Source: Hydrurus foetidus | Taxonomy: Eukaryota | DNA: 63,214 nt | Assembly: GCA_900617105.1 (NCBI GenBank) | Contig: UYFQ01000779.1 | Location: 186,001-249,214, forward strand | Reading direction: 5' to 3' | Shown: positions 47,191 to 61,233 of the stretch, one piece after another | Position numbering within the stretch: the stretch's first letter is position 1 | How the letters are laid out: the number at the start of each line of letters is the position of its first letter | Position numbers and translations under genes: made by a program | Notes under the pieces: generated by a model | Databases searched by the model: none | What the model was told of the DNA's origin: nothing | Seen by the model: only the letters and a program-made list of their open reading frames with translations

Positions 47191-49480
47191 ATGAACAAGT
47201 TTATTGCTAAACTATCAATTGGTTTATTGTTAGTTTTATAACATTTTCTCTACGATTTTTCAACGAAATGCAAATTGGGAAGTTGTGCCATACACATCAA
47301 ATATTATAAAAGTATTTATCATCCTTTGAATATACCAAAGATTTTAATGTAACAAATGCAGTTATTGCAAAGCCTCAACCAAATTTAGTTCCAGTATATA
47401 AAATTAATGAAGATGCTTCTGTTACTATAAATAATGGAGCCTTTAGTTTATATCCTGTATTTTCAGATGATGGTAGTAGAGGGTTAGGTTATCACTTTCA
47501 AAAAGGTGAAATGATTTTGGAGGAGGAGAACGTGCATTGCCAATGAATAGAAAAGGATACAAGTTTAATTTATATAATCAACCTAATTATGCTTATGGCG
47601 TTGGTGCAGAGAATTTAAACTATTCTGTTCCTTTTTATCAGTAATAAAGGATATGGAATTTTTATGATAATGGGTCAAAAGGCATTGCAGATATTGGCAA
47701 AAGCGATAGAAATAATTTTGAAGTTTTATTTGAATCTGGAGAGATAAATGCCTTTATCATCTTTTGGAAAAACATATCAAGAAATATTATCATCATATCA
47801 CAAATTAACAGGCACACAACCATTGCCTCCACGTTGGGCGTTGGGGAATTTAATGAGCAGATTTGTATACAAGTCAAGAACAAGCCATAACCATTGCAAA
47901 AAATGAAGGATGAAAAATCCCAATTGATGCTATCATTTTTGATTTGTTTTGGTTTGGTGATAGCATTAAAGGAACACTTGGAAATTTAGATTGGGTGAAT
48001 AAAGAAAAATGGCCAAATCCTAATAAAATGATTGGTGATTTTAAAAGCAAAATATCAATACAACACTAATTACAGAACCATTTATTTTAGAGTACACAAA
48101 TGCATATAGCGAGTCTTTAGAATATCAAGCAAAGGATATCAATAATAACGCTTTGTGTTACAAGACTTTATTTTGGCAAAGGGGATTGATTGATATTTTA
48201 GAAAGATGCAAGTCAATGGATTTGGAATTATCACTATAAAAACAAATAAAAATGGTGTCACAGCTTGTGGACAGATTTAGGAGAACCTCAACGTCATCCA
48301 GAAAATATGTTTCATAATTTGAAAGATTTAGGAATCGATAAATGGTGCTAGCAAACGAAGTGCATAATATTTATGGGCACTATTGGAATAAAATGTTGTT
48401 TGATAATTATGCAAAAGAATATCCTAGTCAAAGATTGTTTCACTTAAATAGAAGTGGATTTGCAGGAAGTCAACGTTACAGTATTTTTCCTTGGAGTGGA
48501 GATGTTGGTAGAAACTGGAGTGGCTTGCAAGCACAGCTACCTGTAATGTTAGGAATGAGTATGTGTGGCGTTCCTATACACGCAGATGCTGGTGGTTTTG
48601 CAGGAAGTGATGATGAAGGAGAGTTGTATGTTCGTTGGCTACAGTTTGCTGCATATACACCAATTTTTAGACCTCACGGAACTGCTTTGTATGATGTAGA
48701 TCCTAAAGCAGCTAGCTTTCCTAGCGAAGCAGCTTTAATGGAAGAACCTTTAAATCACTTGCAAAACAAGTTGTTTTAGAACGTTACAAAATGCTGCATA
48801 TATATATACCCTTACAGACAAACAAAATTTGCAGAACCTTTGGTAAAACCTTTGTTATATAATTATGCAACAGATACCAATGCCATTAAAACAGAAACTG
48901 AGTATTTATTTGGGATAATATTTTAGCTGCGCCAGTTACAAAACGAGGAGCAACATTGCAGAAAGTTTATTTGCCAGATGGTAATTGGTATGATGTTGAA
49001 ACTAATAAAATTTTGCTGGCAAATCTTTACAGATGTTGATGTTACTGAATATAAAACCATTGTTTTATAAAGAAGGAAGTTTCATTCCTCAATACTCGTC
49101 TACTAGTGAAACACAACAGAAATTAATAGAAAAAAGCTTAAAGTGATTTATGTTCCATCTGTATCAAAACTAACTATGATATGTACGATGATGATGGGGA
49201 AACTAAAAATGCGTTGGCTTTGAATCAATATGAGTTGATTAAATTTTCATCAACAGGAAAACAAATAAAGGACTTACGATTAACATTCAAAATAACAATG
49301 GAAACTACATAGGCAAACCAAGCGAAAGGAATATTAGTTTAGTAATTCCAGCATTAGGAGTTAGCCCAAAACTATTCTTGTAAATGGCAAAGCAGTAAAA
49401 GATTTGTTTGGGGAAAATGAGATACTGACAATTGCTGTAACTATAAAAATATTCCTGTTAAAGTTGAATTGAAATGGTAA
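47191..49480 (+). CDS. Glycoside hydrolase family 31 (alpha-glucosidase/xylosidase-like)
   Basis: QPLPPRWALG, IFDLFWFG, WTDLGEP nucleophile motif, RSGFAGSQRY..WSGD, ELYVRWLQF, FRPHG. Confidence 0.92.
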
Positions 49481-49995
49481 CAACTGAATTTTAAATTAAG
49501 ATCTTGGTCAATTAATGATTTAGACAGTTTGGTTAAGTATGCTAACAACATAAATATTTCTAAAAATCTAACTAATAAATTCCCACATCCATACACTGCT
49601 GAAAATGGAAATGGTTTATTGAATTTGCAACAAAAGACAATCCGATTCACATTTTTGCAATAGATATTAATAGAGAAGCAGTTGAGGAATTGGAATTCAT
49701 CCAATAAGATGATATACAAAGCAAAATGCCGAGCTTGGTTATTGGCTTGCCGAACCATTTTGGAACAAAGGAATCATAACCAAAGCCATCCCGCAAGTTG
49801 TTGCATTTGGATTTGAAACTTATCCTATTGATAGATTTTTGCTAGACCATTTGGCTCAAATATTCCATCTCAAAAAGTGTTAGAGAAAACAGGCTTTACG
49901 ATTGAAGCAAAACTTGAAAAACATTGTTTAAGAATGGAGCGTATGAAGATGAATTGATTTATGCCATTAGAAGAAAATTATTATTTAATGTTTAG
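49474..49995 (+). CDS. GNAT N-acetyltransferase (RimJ/RimL-like)
   Basis: FPHPYT, AELGYWLAEPFWNKGI, SQKVLEKTGF. Confidence 0.88.
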
Positions 49996-50530
49996 TTAAA
50001 TATTAGCTCTATAACTCCCTCCGATTTTAAGCTACTAAACAACTAAAACAATCCAACAAAAGCTGTAACTAGCACAAATCGCTTAATTATCAATTCATTG
50101 AAGACAACATATAAAAACTTAACAGAACTTGTATTTTTGATTGTTTTAACAATTGTTTATGAAAAAATTTTTCATAAACAATTGGTTTTAATAATTATTT
50201 TTATTAAATTATTATTAGGTATATATTTTTTTAACAATTATTCGTTTATTTGTAGTTGTTAAGCCTTTCTTCCGACTAATACTGCTTTAAAAACAATGTT
50301 CTATAAACAACTAATTCCTATATAAGAGGATGTGTTTTTTGAACTTACTGTTTTAAAAATATATGTCAACTAATTCAATTTGATTATGAAAAAATATAGG
50401 AATTCGTCAAGGTAGTTATCCCTTCGATTTTTGTTCAATCCATTAATTTACACATAATCGTATAATTTAAAATCAATATATCACTGGTTTTGCCAGTCTA
50501 GAACAACCCAAACACCCAAACTTATATTTT

Positions 50531-53500
50531 ATGAAAAAATGTACTTCGATTTCTAACGATTATCTGCTTATTCTTTCTTTGTTCAAAATCACAAACTAAT
50601 TATGTTGTTTCAAAGCCACTGGTTTTTGGCACAACTTAATGGTGTGTATGTTGAAACAGGAATCTGCTATGGCAAGCCAGTTTACGTAATGTCAAATGGT
50701 GGAAATAATTATTCAATTGCTTGGGATGGTGGAGACTATTGGAAAATCGGTAAAGATAATGATCCACAAGACCCTAGTGAGCCGTCTATGTGGACTTATA
50801 TAAACGACTATTCTGCAACACCTCCAGTAACTACTTGGAATAACAGATGTTGTGGATCGAACCCCATTGTTGTAGAAATTCAATCGTCTAAAATTACTTA
50901 TGGTGCAACACAGCTTGTTGAAAATTCATCTAATAATGGAACATTTTCAGTGGTGTGATTATAACACACAATAATTATAATGGTGCTACATTTACTGGAA
51001 ACAATGCTGATAATTTTGTTACTGCTGGTAAAATTTCAGTAAATAATTTACCTTCTGGATTAAGTGCATCAGTTGTTAGAAATAATAGTTTGCAACTAAC
51101 GCTTACATTAACAGGTACAGCTGCTGCCCACGCTAATGCAAATGATATTAATAATTTAAATATGTTTTGATAATAGTGCTTTTTCTGATAATGATGCTGC
51201 CAATACAGTTAATGCTAATAGTAATTTATCTGTTAATTTTATCGATGTATTAAATGTTGAACTGGGCAAACTTACACCACCATTCAAAGTGCAGTAAATG
51301 CAGCGAATAGCTATGATATCATTAGTTTGGCTGCAGAAACATTTACCGAGTCGGGTATTAATATCAACAATAAATGTTTAACTATAACAGGGCAAAGCCC
51401 AACTCAAACCATTATTCAGTGCAAATGCAAACCCTGGTTCAGCTTCTGATAGGGTTTTTCTAGTTGACTTTAATAGTTATTCTGTTAGTAATGTTGTCAA
51501 TTTTGAAAAAATTGACTATTAGAAATGGAAATCATAATAGTGGTTTTAATGGTCAGCAAGGTGGTGGTGCCATTCAAAGTGAGAAGAGCTTTAGTTAGTT
51601 TAAAAATTGTTCATTAGAAAATAATCACTCAACCACCCCCTGCTGGAGTTGGTTATTATGGTAATGGCGGTGGTGCAATTAATGTGCAGTTTTGTGATTT
51701 ATATATTGAAAGTTGCACATTCTCGGGTAATCAATTTACAGCAGATAATCCTGGGGATAAGGATGGGAGGGGTGCAATTATGTTTTTGAGTCGCATTTTA
51801 AACATCATTAATTCTACATTCAGTGCAATACAACAGGAGCAAAAGGTGGCGGTGCCATATTCGCTCAATCAACATCCTCTCCTGGGCCTGGTAATGTGAA
51901 TATTATTAATTCAACTTTGCTAATAATACTTCTTCAGATAATGGAGGGCATATTATGGTAATGGTGGTGATGAAACACATATTGCGTTTAAGAATAGTAT
52001 ATTTTATGGCAATACAGCTGCTTCCTCTGGTTTCAATTATTTTCTGAAAATACAACTAATTATGCCATTAGTAATTGTATTATAGAAAACAATACCGATG
52101 GAAATATATCTGGAAATTTTACAGATTGCCTCGTTGGTCAAAATCCATTATTAGGAAGTTTAGCTGATAATGGTGGTTATACTCAAACTCATTTAATACC
52201 ATCAACAGCCCAGCAAAAGATGCAGGAATTAGTGGTTCAGATATTCCGACAACCGACCAAAGAGGTTATTATGCAGCTAGTGCAAAAGATATTGGTTCGT
52301 TTGAATTTGGAGCAGCAATTATTGCATCTTGTTCTCCCACAACATCATCAACCACAACCAATGCTTGTGATAGCTTGGTATGGAATGGCACAACATATAC
52401 ATCAAGTGGAACATATACTTGATTGGCACAATGCTGCTGGTTGCGATAGTACAGCAACATTAAATTTAACAATCAATCATTCATCAACATCATCAAACAC
52501 AACAAGTGCTTGTGATAGCTTGGTATGGAATGGTACAACATATACAACAAGTGGAACATATACTTGGGTGGTACAATGCTGCTGGTTGCGATAGTACTGC
52601 AACATTAAATTTAACAATTAATCATTCATCAACATCATCAAACACAACAAGTGCTTGTGATAGTTTGGTTTGGAATGGGGCAACATATACTTCAAGTGGA
52701 ACTTATACTGGGTGGCACAAATGCTGCTGGCTTGCGATAGTACAGCAACATTAAACTTAACAATCAATCATTCATCAACATCATCAACCACAACAAGTGC
52801 GTGTGATAGTTTAGTATGGAATGGGGCAACATATACTTCAAGTGGAACTTATACTTATTCAACAACAAATGCTGTAGGTTGTGATAGTACAGCAACCTTA
52901 AACTTGACTATTAACAATTCAAGCACTTCATCAACAAGTGTTACATCTTGTGATAGTTTGGTTTGGAATGGTACAAAATACACAGCAAGTGGAACTTACA
53001 CTTACAGTACCACAAATGCTGTTGGATGTGATAGTACTGCAACTTTAAATTTAACAATAAACAATTCAAGCACTTCATCAACAAGTGCAACAATATGTAG
53101 TGCAAATGCACCTTATGTTTGGAATAGCAATAACTATTCTTCTACTGGAAGTTATACAGTTCATTTTACTAATAGTGTTGGTTGCGATAGTGCAGCTACA
53201 TTAAATTTAACAGTTAACAGTAATCCATCAGTTGATTCAATTGTTGGTTTAACAAGAATAGAAATTTTAGCCATTGGTGGTGGTGGTGGAGCGGGTGGAC
53301 CAGATGGAGCTGTGGAGCAGGCGGTGGAGCGGGTGGCGTTGTTTATGGACAGTATACTTTACCTGCAAATGGTAGCAACATCTATACAATAGGTGCAGGT
53401 GGAGCTGGTGGATATGGACAAGGCTGTTCAGAAATGCTGCTGGTGGTACTGTTGGTGCAAATGGTGGTGGTACTGGTGGTACTGCTGGTAGTGGTGGTTG

Positions 53501-56500
53501 TTCTGGTGGAGGAGGAGGTGGTGGTTGGTCTGGTTTATACCAAGGCTCAACTTACTATGTTGTTGCAGGAGGTGGAGCTGGTGGTGGTGGTTCTAATGAA
53601 GGAACTGCCAACGATGTTACAACACCTGGTGGTGGTAGTCAAGCCACCAATGGAACTTCAATGACTGGACAAAATGAACTGCCTATGGTGGAGATGGTGG
53701 TGGTGGTGGAGCTGGTGGTGGTGGATTTTATGGTGGTGCTGGACAATCTAATTTAACACAAACTGGTTTTGCAGCAAGTCAAGCTTGGGGTGGTGCAAAT
53801 TATGCCAATCCGACTAATAGAAATGCTTATGCAACTTATAGGAAATAGTGGTGCAACATCAAGCACAGGAACTGGTGGTCAAGGTACTACAACAACTATT
53901 GCAAATTCAAGCAATTTTAATTATACAAATACTTACGGTAAAGGTGGTAATGCACAAGGCAATGGTGGAACAGCTACAACTGCCAATGGAAACAATGGTG
54001 TGGTAATTATTCGTTATCAAGGTTCACCAGTTGCAACTGGTGGTGCTGTAACACAAAGTGGTGGTTACACTTTACACACATTTACAATGCCTGGAGCAAA
54101 TACTTTTAGAGCAAATTCTGCAAGTGCTGTGTGTTGGTTCAACTACATTCTTAAGTTGTGCAACACCAAATGGCGTTTGGAGCAGTAGCGACACAACGAT
54201 TGCTACAATTGATGCATCAACTGGAATGGTAACTGGTATAACACCAGGTGTAGTTACTATCACTTACGCAGTAACTAATTCCAATGGTTGTGTTGGTTAT
54301 TCTACAAAACAATTTACAGTTAATCCATTGCCTACAGTCCCTGCAATTACAGGCACTACAACAATTTGCGACAATACAACAACGGCTTTAAGTAACACAT
54401 TAACTGGTGGTGTATGGAGTTCTTCATTAACGTCTAAAGCAACTGTTAATAGTGCAAGTGGATTAGTTAGTGGTGTTGCTGCTGGAACTTCAACAATAAC
54501 ATATTTATATACAGATAATAATGGTTGTTCAAATACTAATTCTACTGTTGTAACTATAAACGCAAGCCCTACAGTTGCTGCAATTACAGGTAACTCAGAG
54601 TTTGTATTGGTAGCACAACAACTTTCAGTAATGTTACTTTAAATGGTACTTGGACTTCAAGTAACACAAATGCCGCAACAATTAATAGCAGTGGTTTAAT
54701 TACAACGGTTGCTGTAGGTTCTTCAACCATAAATTACACTGTTATTAATGCAAATGTTTGTACAACTTTGTTACAAAATCTATTACTGTTAATGCCTTGC
54801 CAAATGTTACAGCTAATGCAACTGCAACTACAGTTTGCTTTGGAACTCAAACAACTTTAATAGGTGGCAATGCTTCATCTTATACCTGGAATAATGGTGT
54901 AACTAATAATGTTGCATTTGCACCTTCTGCAACAAATACATATACTGTAACAGGAACCGATGGTAATGGTTGTGTTAAACTGCAAACATTACAATTACTG
55001 TAAATTCATTGCCTACTGTTAGTATCAGCCCATCAGTTACAACTTTATGTAATGGATATTCTTCAACATTAACTGCATCTGGTGCTAGTACTTATGGTTG
55101 GACAATAGTTGGTTCTACACCATACTTAGACCAAGTGTCAAGTACATCAACATTAAAACTAGCTGCTGGTTTACATAAATTAAAAGGTTCGTACAGTGGA
55201 GCTGCAATACGCATTAGACGTTCTAGCGATAATACAGAACAAGATTTTGATTTAGTGGAAATGATTTAGATGTAGCTTCAATTAGCACATTTATTGGTGG
55301 TGGCACTGCTTATGTTAAAACATTATATGATCAATCTGGTAATGGCAATCATTTATCACAAACATCAACAGGTAATCAGCCAACCTTAACTTTAAGTGGA
55401 TTAAATGGTAAACCTGTAATTCATACAAATACGCACAAAATATCTATACTTCAACAAACTTCCCTGCACCATTTAGTGTGGTGTATGCTGCTCGTCAAAC
55501 TGGCGGTACAAGAGGTAGAGTTTTAGGAGATTTAGGTGGTAGTAACTGGCTTTTAGGTTGGTGGAATGGAAATAAAGGAGCTGCACATTTTAGTGGATGG
55601 GTTAGTCCTAGTGGTGGCACAGGTGCTGCTGACAATAATGTTTATGTTTACACTGGAACAGGAACAGGTTCAAGTTCATCATTTGTATATCAAAATGGAA
55701 CTAACATTACTGGTAATTCTTCTGGTGGAAATGCTGGTCCTAACGGATTAACAATGAATAGATATGCCAACTGTTGCGAACCTTCTGATGCAGACTTTAC
55801 TGATTTAATAGAATTTAACTCTGTATTATCAACAAGCGATAGGAATATTATTCAAAATGGAATGGGTGCTTATTATGGCTTATCTGGCTTCTATAATACT
55901 ACTGGGGCAACTGCTGTGGTTACGCCAAGTACAACATCAAGCTATACCGTTTATGGTACAGATGGTAATGGTTGTATTGGTACTGCAACACAAGCTATAA
56001 CTGTTAACCCTAAACCTAATGCTGGTAATGATGTTAACTACTTATGTGGTGGTGCAACACAAACATTAACAGGAACTGCAAATACAGGAACTTGGACTGC
56101 TTTAGAACTAACCCAACAGGAGCAGCTTTAGGTTCTACAACTTCTGGTGTGGCATCAGTATCATTTGATAATTTAGCTTCTGGTACTTTAGTTTCATTTT
56201 ATACATTACCAACAACAGATTGTAGCGATACGATGAATATTACAGTTCGTCCAAAACCAAATGCTGGCAACGACCAAGCTGTTTGTATTTTAAGTGTTGC
56301 AGCAGGTGTTACTTTAACATCTAATGTTACTGGAGTTTGAGTGCAAAATCTGATAATGTAGGAACAGCAAACATAGTATCACCAAACACTGCAAGTACAC
56401 AAGTAAACAATTTTAGTGTTGTTGGAGACTACAATTTTATCAATACTAATAATGGTTGTACAGATACTACTAAAGTAACTGTTACGCCAACAGGTTCAAT

Positions 56501-59500
56501 AGGTAATTATGTTTGGAAAGATCAAAACAATGATGGCTTTACAAAATGAACCAACTGCAAATGGTGTTAATGGAATAACAGTTGAGTTATACAAAAGATG
56601 GTAATGGAACTTTCAATTTATATACATCAACAACAACTGCAAATGATGGAAGTAGTAACCTGGTTATTATAACTTTGGTATTTGTGAAGATGGTGTTTAT
56701 AAAATAAAAGTACCAACAGTAAACCCATTTACACAAACACATTTAACTGCAATAAGATGCAAGTGCTGCTACAAATGGTAACAGTGATGTTAATCCCGCT
56801 GATGGATTTAGTCCAGAATTACCATTGACACACACGGTAGTGGTGTTGCAAAAGATAATAATACAATAGATGCAGGTTATCAAATTTGTACTAAACCAAT
56901 TGCAGGTGCAGATTTCAATACTTGTGGTGGTCAGTTCATAACAATTACAGGCGTTTCAACAACACCTGCTTTACCAACAACAGATGGTAATTGGGCTGCT
57001 CTTTCAAGCAATCCAAGTGGTGCCATATTAAGTGCAACTAACTTAGGCGTTGCAACAATTCAATTTGATTCATTAGCCGCTGGTATTTATAAATTTGTTT
57101 ATACAGTTACTGGCGGTTGTGATGATACTTTAAATATTGCAGTTGGTGCTAAACCAGCAGCAGGCAGCGATTTATATGAAATCTGTGGAGGTTCAATAAT
57201 TCCTTTAACTGGCTTGCCAAGTGGAGGAACTTGAAACCAAGCATCTGCTAACGCTTCTGGTGCTACTGTTGGTGCAACAACCAATGGTGTTGCTAATATC
57301 AGTTTTGCAAATCTTATATCGTGAACATACACATTTGTTTATACAACACCATTTGGTTGTACTGATACTATGACTATCTCTACCAAAACCAAAACCAAAT
57401 GCAGGAACTGATGTTTATATGGAATGTGGTACACAAAGATTGTTTGATTCTTTAAGTGCAACTCCAATCGGTGGTGTTTGGACAGCTTTATCAAGTAATA
57501 ATAATTTAGTTACTTTGGAATTTAACTACTGCTTCAGAAAAGCAAGAATAAATTTACCACTTGCACCAAATCAAGGCAACTGGTCATTTATTTATACAGC
57601 ACCAAATGGTTGCACAGATACAATGAAATATGTTATTGGTGTTGTGGGTAATCCTGCTCCAGCAATCAATGGTGGTTCAAATCCAATTTGTGGAACTAAT
57701 ACACTTCAATTGTGTCCTACTATATTTGGATGGAGCAACTACCAATGGTATAAAAATGGTGTTGCCATCACTGGACAAGAGGTGCAGGTGCTTGCATTAC
57801 CATTGATACATCTTCTTTAGGTAGTTATACTGTATCTGGTTCTAATGGTTCTAATTGCTGGTCTGTTCAATCAACTCCAATTGCTTATTCATCAGCACCA
57901 GCCACACCAACTATTAGTGCCTCGTGTTCTACAACTGTTTGTGCAGGTGGAACTCTAACATTAACAAGTAGTGTAACAACTGGTAATCAATGGAAAAAGG
58001 TGGAGTTGCCATTGGTGGTAACTTCTCAAACATATATTGCATCAACAAGTGGTGTTTATACAGTTACTGTAACAAGTAATTGTGGCACTACAACAAGTGC
58101 TGGAACAACTGTAACTGTCAATGCTGCAATTACTGTTGCTCCATTGTTGCTTCAAGTAATTCAGCTTGTATGGGAACAACTGTAACATTAACAGATTCAA
58201 CAGCAGGTGGTGTATGGTCTTCAAGTAACAATGCAATTGCAACTATTAATTCATCGGGGATTGTAACTCCTGTGAGTGCTGGCACAGTAACCATTAATTA
58301 CACAGTAACCGTAAGTGGTTGCAGTAAAACAGTAACTTATAATTTAACCGTACCAAGTGGTGGAATACCAGCAGCAACAACAATTGTTGCACAAAGCTCA
58401 ACTACATTATGTGGTACAAATACCGTTCAATTATGTCCAAGTGTTTATGGTTGGAGCAATTATCAATGGTATAAAAATGGTGTTGCAGTTACAACAAATG
58501 GAGCAAGTGCTTGCATTGTAATAGATACAGCAAAATTGGGTAGCTATACCTTATCTGTAACAACAGGTACTTGTTGGTCTCCACAATCAAATGCTATTAC
58601 TATTGCAACAACATCAGCACCAGCTACACCAACAATTAGTGCATCTGGTTCAACAAGTATTTGCAGTGGTGCAAGTGTAACCTTAACAAGCAGTGCAACA
58701 AGTAGCAATCAATGGTATAAAGATGGAAGTATCATTAATGGTGCAACATCTCAAACTTATAATGCAACAGCAAGTGGTGTTTTATACTGTAACAGTAACT
58801 GTTTGTGGCAGCACAATAAGTGCAGGAACAACTGTAACTGTTGCATCTCCAATAACAGTTGCTTCAATAGTTGGAGGAGGTATTAATGTTTGCTCTGGAA
58901 CGTTAGTTACTTTGACAGATGCAACAGGAGGAGGAGTTTGGTCATCAAGCAATCCAGCAGTTGCAACTATAATTCGTCTGAGTTGTAACAGTAAGTGCAG
59001 GAACTGTAACAATTACTTATACAGTAACTGTTGGAAGTTGCAGTCAGGCAGTAACTACTAATTTAACAATTGTTAGTGGCTCAAGCATCACACCTCCTAC
59101 AATAGTTGCACAAAGCTCAACAACATTATGTGGTACAAATACAGTTCAATTATGTCCAAGTGCTTATGGTTGAGTAATTACCAATGGTACAAAAAAAAAA
59201 CGGCGTTGCAGTTACAAACAAATGGAGCAAGTGCTTTACTGTAATTGATACAGCAAAACTTGGTAATTATACTTTAGCAGCGACAATGGGAGTTTGCTGG
59301 ACTTCACAATCAATGCTATAGCAGTAACAACATCATCAGCACCAGCTATACCAACAATTAATGCATCTGGTTCAGCAAGTATTTGCAGTGGTGGAAGTGT
59401 TTGCATTAACAAGTGCGCAACAACTGGTAATCAATGGAAAAAGATGGCGTTGCTATTAGTGGTGCAACATCTCAAACTTATAGTGCAACAGCAAGTGCGG

Positions 59501-60845
59501 TGTTTATACAGTAACTGTAACTGTTTGTGGCAGCACAACTATGCAGGAACAACTGTAACAGTAAGCTGCACCAATAACTGTTGCTGCCATCACAAGTAAT
59601 AGCAGTTCAACAGTATGCTTTGGCAACAATGTTTCTCTAAGTTGTGCAACAAGCGGTGGTGTATGGAGTAGTAGTAATGTAGCATAGCAACAGTAAAATG
59701 CTAGTGGGGTTGCAACAACTGTATCAGCAGGAACAGTAACAATAAGCTACACAGTAACGTCTGGTGCTTGCACTGTGTATCAACTTATACAATAGTAGTT
59801 CAAAATGGTACAGTAACTACGCCAGTGATTGCAGCAACTGGTGGTGCAATAACAGGTTCTACAGCGATTTTGGTAGTGGAAGCTTACAAATGTGTCCATT
59901 AAACTGGGGTTATAGCAACTACCAATGGTATAAAGATGGAGTAGCATATTCAACATCTGCTTGTATCACTGTTAACACAGCTGGTTCATACACATTAACA
60001 GCAACAAATGGAAGTGGTTGTTGGTCTGGGACAATCTGCACCAGTAGTAGTAACAGTTAACCCTATTCCAACCTATGATAGCAACAACAGGTCAACAAGT
60101 GTTTGTGCTGGGTCTTCAATAACACTAACAAATAATAGCTCTATCCCTAGTGGAGGAGTGGGATATGGTCAACAGGATATACTAGTCAGTATCTGTTGGT
60201 GCAACAACTGGTATTGTATCAGCTTTAAATGCTGGTAACGTTGTAATTAAATATACTGTTACATCTGCGGTAGGTTGTTCAAATTATATTAATTACAATC
60301 TGCAAATCAATTCAATTCCAGCTGTGCCAAGTATTACTTATGCACCAGGAACTGTAACCACAGGCTGGAGCACCAACAGGAAGTTTTGTGCTAATAGAAC
60401 CTTTACAATAATTGGTACACCAAGTGGAGGTGTATGGAGCAAAACGATCAACGTTACTACTCCAGGTGGAGTTGTAACAACAGGTAGTGTAGCAGGATCT
60501 GGGTCAATAAAATATACTTATACCGATGCAAATGGCTGTAGTAATAGCAGAACGATGGTTGTAATGTATACGTTTGTGCTGCTAGAGGAATTTCAAACGC
60601 CAATGATCGATTAACAATAAGTAATGACTTTACAATGTATCCAACCTGCTAAATCTCAAGTAAGTATTAATGTTGAGACTTTAGTTGGAACAAGTAATAT
60701 TGTTGTTACAGACCTTATGGAAAGTAGTTAAATCTCAAACATTAAGTATGGGAACTAATACTATTAACATTACAAGCTAACAGCTGAATGTATTTTGTTA
60801 GTGTTATTACTAGCGAGGGTAAAACCAAAACTAATAATAGAGTAA
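50531..60845 (+). CDS. Giant (~3400 aa) T9SS-secreted repeat surface protein/adhesin, frameshifted in the assembly
   Basis: Continuous Thr/Ser/Gly-rich coding; beta-helix/choice-of-anchor-Q-like LADNGGYTQTH...DQRG...DIGSFE; Cys repeats; Ig-like GGVWSSS repeats; SdrD-B-like GSIGNYVWKD; C-terminal FTMYP.PAK...MYFV...KLIIE T9SS type A CTD. Confidence 0.85.
52345..53220 (+). repeat. Six ~147-bp (49-aa) coding repeats CDSLVWNG.TY..SGTYT...GCDSTATLNLTIN
   Basis: Copies start ~52363, 52508, 52652, 52798, 52946 and 53095. Confidence 0.92.
57660..60060 (+). repeat. ~720-bp (~240-aa) coding super-repeat, 3 full copies plus a partial fourth
   Basis: (CGTNT)LQLCP...GWSNYQWYK.G recurs at ~57690, 58410, 59130 and 59885. 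Confidence 0.85.
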
Positions 60846-60870
60846 TAGCATCTTAAGTTATATATTTTAT

Positions 60871-60905
60871 AAAAAAGAGGTGGTATCTAATACTGCCTCT
60901 TTTTT
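60871..60905 (+). terminator. Intrinsic terminator after the giant gene
   Basis: aaaaaagaggtggta-tctaa-tactgcctctttttt. Confidence 0.8.
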
Positions 60906-61233
60906 ATTGAATTTAGTAATAAATACTCTAGAAAATTCTACGATACGATTTATATTAACTACATATTTTTTTTTGATCGTAATCCATTTAACTAAAGTTT
61001 GATACTTTGAGCAGAAATTTTAGCATAAGGCTAAGTCTCTGATAGTTTTAGTATTAGTTGTTAACCTTATTGAAAATTTGTTACAGCAAAATAAAAATGA
61101 CACTATAATAGTAAAGGTAAAAGCAATCAAACTAGTTATTACATAAGAGCAACTTTAAAGATGTTTATTGTTTTTTGCCAATCTTTTTTAATCTAAAAGC
61201 ATATCTTTTCGTCCTTTCATTTTAACAATAAAA

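Noticed and set aside
52345..60060. Diversity-generating retroelement template/variable repeats in the giant gene
   Set aside because: The repeats are ordinary in-frame domain duplications without an adenine-specific mismatch pattern, and there is no reverse transcriptase in the window.
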